Assembly (NCBI GenBank): GCA_002869405.1 | Contig: PKSY01000107.1 | Coordinates: 1-44,569 of the forward strand | DNA length: 44,569 nt | Origin: Marinilabiliales bacterium | GTDB taxonomy: Bacteria; Bacteroidota; Bacteroidia; Bacteroidales; BM520 | Direction of reading: 5' to 3' | Part shown: one piece after another, positions 37,954 to 44,569 of the stretch | How positions within the stretch are numbered: the first letter of the stretch is position 1 | How the letters are laid out: every line of letters begins with the position of its first letter | The notes under the pieces: generated by a model | The model's database searches: none | The model's input: only the letters and a program-made list of their open reading frames with translations | What the model was told of the DNA's origin: nothing | Translations under genes and position numbers: made by a program

Positions 37954-40170
37954 TTAATAAAATGGATTAATACGTATTCCTAAATAAAATTTTCTACCGA
38001 TTAACGGTCCCCAAACCATTGAAGCATCAAAATAGTTGCTAAAAGGGTCATTGGCAGCAATAATCGGGTTTTCCTGTGTATAATTGGTAAGATTTTCCAC
38101 ACCAAGGTAAATATCCCAATGACGGAAAAATTTTGTAATCTGACCATTCATAACCAAGTATGCAGGAGCCATATCAGGGCGACGATACTCCACAGGGTTA
38201 TCGTCAGTGGAAGGTAAGCGCTGATCACCATTCAATACAGCAGTGTAATCAAATTGCCACTTCTTCAGGTGTGTGGCATATGAAACATTGAAAAGAGCTT
38301 TATACCTGGTAGTCAAGGGCTTTTCAATTAGTTCATCATTTAATGTATATTTCACATCCTGCCATCTGTAAGCCAGCAAAACATCCATCCCTTTAATCAC
38401 CTCATAACGTGTTTCAACCTGAAAAACATTTGAGAATGATTGTCCGTCAAGATTGGATATATATATGGTATGTAAATCACTATCCATATCAACAATAACC
38501 TGGTTAACGAATGAAGACCGGTAAAGTTCAACATTAAGCACCAGTTCACGATTATTTATATCATGATAATGAGTAAAATTAATACCATAATTCCATGCTT
38601 CCTCCATATTAAGGCCTTCAAGAACCTGAATTCTGCGGCTACTGGCAAAGAGAAATGTATTTTCAGCAAACACATTCGCTGTACGATATCCTTTTCCTGC
38701 GGAAGCCCGAAGAATATTATGATCATTGAAAGAATACCTAAGGTGCAGGCGCGGAGTAAAAAACAGACCATAAATATTATGATAGTCGGCACGTAATCCT
38801 GCAATCACAATTGGTAATTTCTCTTTATGGAAAGTATACTGAAAGAATGTTCCCGGGACGATTTCAGTTTTCAGGAAAAGACTGTCATTAAAGTTTTCCG
38901 TATAATCATCGTACAGGAAACTTGCACCTGTGGCGAACTTATGATATTGATTCCCAATTATGCCTTGAAAAATATAATTTGCATATAGACTTTTTTCTGT
39001 GGCATCATAGGTATTCATACCAAAGTAGGACTCCTGTTCATGCCATGATGCAGTGGTTTTAAAAGCCATATTAAAATCAGAGTTCGAGGGCAATTCATAT
39101 CCCATTTTATAAAAGGCTTCCACACGACGTGTATCGATGCCGATACCATAAACACGAGGTAATATGGCATCGTTTTCCACTGCTTCAACCTGACCTCCTT
39201 TGCGCGACTCATCAATAAACTTTATCCCGGCCTGAGCCATAAAACCACGTTTCCCGAAAAATTTCCACCGGTTCATCACATTGTATTGCCGTATTGCAGG
39301 CATATCGACAAAGCCATCATCATTATTATCATGAGCCAAAGGTGCATTTTCAGCATGTAAAAAGATGGAAGTGCTTAGTTGTTTCCCAACGGGAAGTGAG
39401 CTGGTATAATTTGCTTCATGTTTTCCCTTATCATTTACCAGGGCATTAAAAAACACCTTTTCGCCTTTCATCGGATCCTTTGTATTGGTATTGATTTGAC
39501 CTGTAACAGAAGAGTAACCGTCGAGCACAGATGCTGCGCCTTTACTAACCTGGATAGATTCCATCCAGCTTCCGGGAATATACCCGAGGCCGTAAGGTGT
39601 TGCAAGTCCGTACATGTTTGGTATATTCTCAGTCATCATCTGACTGTATATTCCGGCAAGGCCCAACAACTGAATCTGCTTTGCTCCGGTAACAGCATCA
39701 CTAAAATGCACATCAACAGAGGCGTTAGTCTCAAAGCTTTCACCAAGATTACAGCAAGCTGCTTTTTTTAGTTCCGTACCTGAAATATTTTGTACAGTAA
39801 GCGGATCAAAACGCTTAATAGTAGTTCCTGCAGCCCTGGAAACCACCTCTACAGCCGCAAGCTCCAGGTTTTTAGATAGTACAATCTTAAGATCTTCCTC
39901 TGTGTTTGAAACAGTTAGAGTATCATTTGCAAAACCCACAAAACTAATTACCAGGTTCTGACTTTCTGAATGATTTCTGGGAATTGAAAAAAATCCATTG
40001 GCATCAGTAGCGACACCGTCGGTGGTTCCTGCCCAATATACATTCACTCCGGGCAGCTTGTTTTGCTTATTTCCCTGCTGTTCATAAACTACACCATGAA
40101 GATTCTGTGCATTTATACTACCCGCGAATATCATAAACAGGATTACGAATCCTGAAAAATATTTTTTCAT
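37954..40170 (-). CDS. TonB-dependent receptor (CarboxypepD_reg + plug + barrel)
   Basis: The likely start is 40170 (MKKYFSGFVILFMIFAGSINAQ). The N-domain is LHGVVYEQ...GVNVYWAGTTDGVATDANGFFSI. A plug region follows, then a long barrel with a terminal aromatic residue (RINPFY). Confidence 0.85.
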   Translation of the reverse strand: MKKYFSGFVILFMIFAGSINAQNLHGVVYEQQGNKQNKLPGVNVYWAGTTDGVATDANGFFSIPRNHSESQNLVISFVGFANDTLTVSNTEEDLKIVLSKNLELAAVEVVSRAAGTTIKRFDPLTVQNISGTELKKAACCNLGESFETNASVDVHFSDAVTGAKQIQLLGLAGIYSQMMTENIPNMYGLATPYGLGYIPGSWMESIQVSKGAASVLDGYSSVTGQINTNTKDPMKGEKVFFNALVNDKGKHEANYTSSLPVGKQLSTSIFLHAENAPLAHDNNDDGFVDMPAIRQYNVMNRWKFFGKRGFMAQAGIKFIDESRKGGQVEAVENDAILPRVYGIGIDTRRVEAFYKMGYELPSNSDFNMAFKTTASWHEQESYFGMNTYDATEKSLYANYIFQGIIGNQYHKFATGASFLYDDYTENFNDSLFLKTEIVPGTFFQYTFHKEKLPIVIAGLRADYHNIYGLFFTPRLHLRYSFNDHNILRASAGKGYRTANVFAENTFLFASSRRIQVLEGLNMEEAWNYGINFTHYHDINNRELVLNVELYRSSFVNQVIVDMDSDLHTIYISNLDGQSFSNVFQVETRYEVIKGMDVLLAYRWQDVKYTLNDELIEKPLTTRYKALFNVSYATHLKKWQFDYTAVLNGDQRLPSTDDNPVEYRRPDMAPAYLVMNGQITKFFRHWDIYLGVENLTNYTQENPIIAANDPFSNYFDASMVWGPLIGRKFYLGIRINPFY

Positions 40171-40241
40171 CACATCAAAAATTACGTTATTAAAATCAAA
40201 TATCATTGCGATTCATGTCGCAAAAACGATTGAAATAACGA

Positions 40242-40751
40242 TTAGATGTGATATTTAAACTGCTGAATAAAACGGATTAATTCCAGACCATAATATAAGG
40301 GAGGTCCGGAGTCAGAGATTATCTGACGTTGAAATTTTGCAGAACCCGGATCCGCGACGTAAGTCTTTATGACAGCCAGCAAAACAGGAATAAATTGTAT
40401 TTTCACAATATCCTGAACCTGCTGAACTTCAAACTTTTCCATTAACCGATAATATCGTGCTTCGGTGTTACAACATGAAGCAAAACCGCCATCATCCAGA
40501 ATAACTTCACAGGATACCGGCTCTCCCTCTTCAGATTCTGAATGATGAGAACAACATCCTCTTTCATGTCCATCATGCGATTCCTCTGCGGGCTCATGAT
40601 GATCACAATCTGTCAAATCCACAATATAAGATACCTGAGTAGTATTCATTTGTGAACAATGGTGCTTATAAACTGTAAAGCCGGAACTGGCAAGCAGCAC
40701 AACCACAGCTAAAAGCATTGACATTATGGATCTTACTATTCTCATTGACAA
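40242..40751 (-). CDS. His/Cys-rich single-TM protein, resembles the HYC_CC_PP-type family found beside TonB receptors
   Basis: 169 aa with an N-terminal TM. Motifs are YKHHC, HHEPAEESHDGHERGCCSHHSE, SCCNTE and SGPPLYYG. The family name is from memory and is not verified. Confidence 0.55.
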   Translation of the reverse strand: MSMRIVRSIMSMLLAVVVLLASSGFTVYKHHCSQMNTTQVSYIVDLTDCDHHEPAEESHDGHERGCCSHHSESEEGEPVSCEVILDDGGFASCCNTEARYYRLMEKFEVQQVQDIVKIQFIPVLLAVIKTYVADPGSAKFQRQIISDSGPPLYYGLELIRFIQQFKYHI

Positions 40752-40846
40752 TAAAAGCCGCTAATTTAAACCATTTCTAAATAAGAAACAACTCAAAAAA
40801 ACTAAAGTTCATAATTACAGACATATTAAAACAGATTAAGGTTGCA

Positions 40847-42178
40847 TCACACAGTTTTCCCTTTCCATTTTCCTGAAAGAAGGTATAACAGTGAAATCAG
40901 CCCCAGCAGAAAGGCATAAATATATTCTGCTGTCCAGACAAGTGTTAAGTTCCATTCCAAAACATAAACAAAAAAGTACACAGCAATAATATATATTAAT
41001 AACACAAACCCTTCAATAAGGAGACTAATCATTGTATTCCCGGTACCACTAACACCCTGAAAAAGAGTAAACCCCGTGCCTAAAAACAGCGCTGATCCTG
41101 TTACCATTGCTATTGGTCCGTAAGATAATGTGATCAATTCTGCATTGTCAGTATAAATATGAAGCAGGTGATCACGAAACAGAGTAACAGGAACGATCAT
41201 GGCTACTGTAGCCAGAATCACCATCAACACAATTCTTTTCATCAGGAAGAGTACATCATCCTGTCGTCCTTCGCCGATAAGAAAGCTTACCAGTGTGGCT
41301 GCCGCAGATGCAAATCCAAAAACCGGAATTAAAATTATCATATAGATGCTTCGAATAATATTGGAGACTGCAAGCTCCATTTCGCCAAGGTGAGCAACAA
41401 AAAGAAAGAAGACAAACCAACCTGCCATAGAGAGAAAATTCTGAAGCATCACAGGTGTGGCAACCTTCATAACTCTGCCAATTCGCTCCCACTGAGGTTT
41501 AAAGCTCACGTGGAGGTTATACCTTTTAGCGGGAACAGCCATACGTATGTAGAAAAGTAAGAATACAGAGGCTGTAGCTTCAGCAATAACGCTGGCAAGT
41601 GCTGCACCTTCCACGCCCATGGCCGGCAAGCCCAACCGTCCGAAAATCAATCCATAATCAAGAATTATATTCACTACACCCATTATAATGGTTGTAATTG
41701 TAATGACTTTGGTTTGATGTATTGAAATAAAAAATGCACGCATCAACACATTAAATGTGGCGAAGAAGACTCCAAAAGCACGGTAAGATAAAAAACCTGT
41801 TGTTGCAGCCATTACAGCTTCAGACTCCACGCTGAGCGAGAAGAATAAAGGAGAAAGATAGAAAAGACAGGCAAACAGGAATCCGGCGACAACTGCTATT
41901 ATCAAGCCTGTTTGAGCCATAAGATCCCCAATCATTGAGTATTTTCGTTCGCCAAAGCGCCGCGACATAATAATCTGTGCACCAACACCAATACCATTAG
42001 CTACAAATACCGCAATATAATAGAACAGGCCACCCAGGGCAGCAGCACCGAGTGCTACTTCTCCCAGGCGGCCAAGAAATGCAGTATCTGTAGCCAGCAC
42101 GATGTTCTGTGCTACACCACCCAATATAATCGGGTATGCTATCCTCCAGATCTTACGATTTGTAATTCTCGCCGTCAT
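40847..42178 (-). CDS. MATE family efflux transporter
   Basis: 443 aa with 12 predicted TM helices and a typical MATE N-terminus (IWRIAYPIILGGVAQNIV). Confidence 0.9.
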   Translation of the reverse strand: MTARITNRKIWRIAYPIILGGVAQNIVLATDTAFLGRLGEVALGAAALGGLFYYIAVFVANGIGVGAQIIMSRRFGERKYSMIGDLMAQTGLIIAVVAGFLFACLFYLSPLFFSLSVESEAVMAATTGFLSYRAFGVFFATFNVLMRAFFISIHQTKVITITTIIMGVVNIILDYGLIFGRLGLPAMGVEGAALASVIAEATASVFLLFYIRMAVPAKRYNLHVSFKPQWERIGRVMKVATPVMLQNFLSMAGWFVFFLFVAHLGEMELAVSNIIRSIYMIILIPVFGFASAAATLVSFLIGEGRQDDVLFLMKRIVLMVILATVAMIVPVTLFRDHLLHIYTDNAELITLSYGPIAMVTGSALFLGTGFTLFQGVSGTGNTMISLLIEGFVLLIYIIAVYFFVYVLEWNLTLVWTAEYIYAFLLGLISLLYLLSGKWKGKTV

Positions 42179-42213
42179 GGCGGCAAAGATAGGTCAATTA
42201 TTAATCGGCTGAA

Positions 42214-43410
42214 TTAGAAATTCCTACCAACATCCTTATCCCCTCTTCCTGAAAGGTTAATAATTGACAACTGATCTTTTTGCCCTTCGAGCATCTTCAT
42301 AGCAAGGGCTACAGCATGTGAGGATTCTATTGCAGGGATTATACCTTCAAGCCTTGACAACAGCTCAAAAGCTTCTATTGCTTCCCTGTCGGTGATAAGG
42401 TGATATGTTGCCCTTCCAGAATCTTTCAGGCTGGCATGCTGAGGGCTCACTCCGGGGTAATCCAGTCCTGCGGCAACAGAACGTGTAGGTACTACCTGAT
42501 CATTCTCGTCCATCAGCGCGTAACTATATGTTCCCTGAAATACTCCCGGTCTTCCCATACAAAGTGTTGCAGCGGTTTCATGGAGGAATGGTCCTGCACC
42601 ACCACCTTCAGCTGCATGAATTGACACAGAGTCATCATTAAGAAATGCACCAAACAGACCAATCGCATTGTATCCTCCACCAATACATGCAAACAGGTTA
42701 TCAGGAAGTCGATTCTCTTTTTCAAGGATTTGCTGTCGGGCTTCATTTCCTATTACAGACTGGAAAAAACCAACCATTTCAGGGTATGGATCCGGGCCAA
42801 CCTGTGATCCTAAAAGATAATAGCTGTCAGGGTTTTCTATGTAATATCCCAGGGCAGCATCAACAGCATCTTTCAAAGTCCCGCGACCCAGTGATGTTGT
42901 TACTACTTCAGCTCCCAACAGTTCCATCCGGCGCACGTTCATCGATTGTCGTGAAGCATCTTCGGCACCCATAAAGACCTTGCACTTCATTCCCATAAAT
43001 GCTGCTGCGGTAGCTGTTGCAACGCCGTGCTGCCCGGCACCGGTTTCGGCAATTACCGAACGCTTTCCCATCCTGGCAGCGAGCAAAATCTGGCCGATAG
43101 TATTGTTGATCTTATGTGAACCGGTATGATTCAGGTCCTCCCTCTTCAGGTATATTGCAGAACCCACATATTCCGACAGGCGTCGGGCAAAATAGAGTGG
43201 CGATGGTCTTCCGGTAAATTCTTTTAAAATCCGATGAAATTCAGATATAAACTCAGGATCGTTTTGGCAGAGAAAAAACTGCTCGCGCAGGTGTTGTAGT
43301 TTATCTTCCAGAACCGGCGGCACATATCGTCCGCCATAGTTTCCATATAATCCATTCTGAGCAGTAAATGTTGATATTGCTGTTTTTTGATATGTTTCAA
43401 GATATGTCAT
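42214..43410 (-). CDS. trpB: Tryptophan synthase beta chain
   Basis: 398 aa. PLP-Lys block LKREDLNHTGSHKINN, plus GAGQHGVATA. The phosphate loop reads GGGYNAIG, where the canonical motif is GGGSN. Confidence 0.9.
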   Translation of the reverse strand: MTYLETYQKTAISTFTAQNGLYGNYGGRYVPPVLEDKLQHLREQFFLCQNDPEFISEFHRILKEFTGRPSPLYFARRLSEYVGSAIYLKREDLNHTGSHKINNTIGQILLAARMGKRSVIAETGAGQHGVATATAAAFMGMKCKVFMGAEDASRQSMNVRRMELLGAEVVTTSLGRGTLKDAVDAALGYYIENPDSYYLLGSQVGPDPYPEMVGFFQSVIGNEARQQILEKENRLPDNLFACIGGGYNAIGLFGAFLNDDSVSIHAAEGGGAGPFLHETAATLCMGRPGVFQGTYSYALMDENDQVVPTRSVAAGLDYPGVSPQHASLKDSGRATYHLITDREAIEAFELLSRLEGIIPAIESSHAVALAMKMLEGQKDQLSIINLSGRGDKDVGRNF

Positions 43411-43531
43411 TGTTTTCGTTTTTTTAATGGTTCATGAATATTTCTTAATCGTACTTTCTTCGTCCAAAAATTGTTTGTCTCTGTTGCCCCAGCGGGCCAT
43501 CGTTGTGAATACATATTTTAATTTTTTAGAT

Positions 43532-43560
43532 AAAAAAAAGCCACCGGATTCTCCGATGGC
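43532..43560 (-). terminator. Attenuator terminator of the trpB leader
   Basis: Minus-strand RNA reads GCCAUCGGA-GAA-UCCGGUGGC followed by U8. The stem is 9 bp including one G-U pair. On the plus strand that pair would be a C-A mismatch, so the hairpin is specific to the minus strand. Confidence 0.65.
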
Positions 43561-43596
43561 CTCAATATTTTGCACATAATGGATTCTTCCGTTAAC

Positions 43597-43641
43597 CTAA
43601 GTTATCAGATTCCACCACCATGTATTTGTTCTGTGCATCAT
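43597..43641 (-). CDS. Trp leader peptide MMHRTNTWWWNLIT (14 codons, three consecutive UGG)
   Basis: ATG ATG CAC AGA ACA AAT ACA TGG TGG TGG AAT CTG ATA ACT TAG, read from the minus strand. The stop lies 37 nt upstream of the terminator stem. Confidence 0.6.
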   Translation of the reverse strand: MMHRTNTWWWNLIT

Positions 43642-43658
43642 TTGCTTTTTATTTGGAA

Positions 43659-43666
43659 CAAAATTA
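43659..43666 (-). promoter_or_regulatory. Candidate -7 box (TAATTTTG) for the trp leader transcript
   Basis: TAnnTTTG match on the minus strand, 18 nt upstream of the leader ATG. A TTTG lies 18 nt further upstream. Confidence 0.35.
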
Positions 43667-43697
43667 TTCAAATTTCTCAAATCACAAAATATTTTTT

Positions 43698-44569
43698 TTA
43701 TTCTATGGTTTTTGCTGAGCGGGAGTTCACAAAAAGGATCTCTCCTACTCCATCAAAACCAAGAAAAGCCTCTTCCTTCTCATGCTTAACCTGATCCGAA
43801 CGGAACCCCATAATTGTCAGGTCTGCTTTATCAGAATACTCTGCCATTACAGAACGTATATTGCGTTCAGGATCTTTTTCTATAATTCTAATATTCCGGG
43901 AAGTAATTGGGAGTCGTCCGCTTTTCAACAAATCCTCAAGATATTCTCGCTCTTCAACAATCATTTCAGGGTCGCATACATCAAAAATGGAGATATGACA
44001 CCTTTTCCAATAAGGATGAGCAGAAATCACATATCCCAACAGAATCATCAGATTGGCATTATCAGGGTCACTTTTTTGAATCCAGATATGTATATCGCGA
44101 CGGCGCTTTTTTGGGTTGGCAACCTGTGCACAACCAAGTACGCATACATCACAATCAGCAGCTGCTACAAGATTAAAATTATCAGTAATCTGATGAAGAT
44201 TTTCAGGCTTGTTTTTATCAAAATCAAAGATTACCATATTATTCTCTTTTCCGGTAACGGAAGGAAGCTGGATTACCTGAGCAATTGCTGAAGTGTAGGA
44301 AGGTGAAATCAGAGTATCCACATATATCTGACCTTTACGGGAGCTGGCTCTGTCAAGGAGCACTTCTTTAATGTCCTCGGCCTGCTCTTTGGTTTTCTTG
44401 CTAAAATATCCCTGAAAAAGATGAATAAAAGTTCCAAACCCGTACTTATGACTAATCCACGACATCAGATTAAGGGCATTATCTCTGATAAGCGAATCGG
44501 TGCTTACACAAACAACGGCAGGGCGCCATGTTTCACTTTCACCTCTACTGCTCTCTCCCTGTAGGTAAA
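43698..44569 (-). CDS. C-terminal cytoplasmic domain of an amino-acid-permease / cation-chloride cotransporter (SLC12-like) protein; N-terminus beyond the right window edge
   Basis: The frame stays open from the track ORF (43698..44465) up to the window end (...YLQGESSRGESETWRPAVVCVSTDSLIRDNALNLMSWISH...). The WRP block and the following regulatory-domain-like sequence resemble SLC12 C-terminal domains. This call is from memory. Confidence 0.55.
   Translation of the reverse strand, partial: YLQGESSRGESETWRPAVVCVSTDSLIRDNALNLMSWISHKYGFGTFIHLFQGYFSKKTKEQAEDIKEVLLDRASSRKGQIYVDTLISPSYTSAIAQVIQLPSVTGKENNMVIFDFDKNKPENLHQITDNFNLVAAADCDVCVLGCAQVANPKKRRRDIHIWIQKSDPDNANLMILLGYVISAHPYWKRCHISIFDVCDPEMIVEEREYLEDLLKSGRLPITSRNIRIIEKDPERNIRSVMAEYSDKADLTIMGFRSDQVKHEKEEAFLGFDGVGEILFVNSRSAKTIE

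Noticed and set aside
43411-43500. 22-codon ORF (MARWGNRDKQFLDEESTIKKYS) between the attenuator terminator and trpB
   Set aside because: It has only one Trp codon, no associated structure, and lies downstream of the terminator. It is most likely fortuitous.
1-44569. Genome-wide reassignment of TAA to a sense codon as the explanation for the two in-frame TAAs
   Set aside because: TAA clearly terminates many well-delimited genes in this window, including GH3 at 11808-11810, the helicase, both thiolase-fold genes, trpB and the T9SS protein. TGA and TAG are also used as stops.
1-44569. CRISPR arrays, tRNA/rRNA genes, transposases, integrases, or phage or defence-system genes
   Set aside because: I saw no spaced-repeat arrays, no cloverleaf-like or rRNA-like segments, and no recombinase, nuclease or ATPase signatures typical of mobile or defence modules. 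Intergenic regions are short.

Overview
This window looks like a chromosomal segment of a Bacteroidota-type genome. The evidence is about 38-40% GC, a T9SS type-B C-terminal sorting domain, TonB-dependent receptors with CarboxypepD_reg N-termini, and TAnnTTTG -7 promoter boxes. About 38 protein genes are packed tightly. I saw no rRNA, tRNA, CRISPR array, transposase or integrase. Most genes are housekeeping or environmental: PAS and TPR sensor kinases, GH47 and GH3 glycosidases, two TonB receptors, LysE, ThrE and MATE exporters, a DEAD-box helicase, an M14 peptidase, a deoxyhypusine-synthase-like protein, DUF349 and trpB. The main points are: (1) A five-gene, translationally coupled ole-like cluster at 18652-23925, in the order oleB, oleA, a catalytically dead oleA-like partner, oleC, oleD. 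It resembles beta-lactone/olefin pathways; its oleB homolog carries an in-frame TAA and its oleD appears to have lost its native C-terminus. (2) A second gene, a patatin/beta-barrel phospholipase, is also split by a single in-frame TAA. (3) A classic leader-peptide attenuator (MMHRTNTWWWNLIT followed by a hairpin and U8) sits in front of an orphan trpB that carries GGGYN where GGGSN is expected. (4) A putative metal-uptake operon encodes a His/Cys-rich membrane protein, a TonB receptor and an HMA protein with a Cys/Lys-rich tail. (5) Several discrete repeats and hairpins are present. All calls come from reading motifs by eye; no database search or RNA folding was run.
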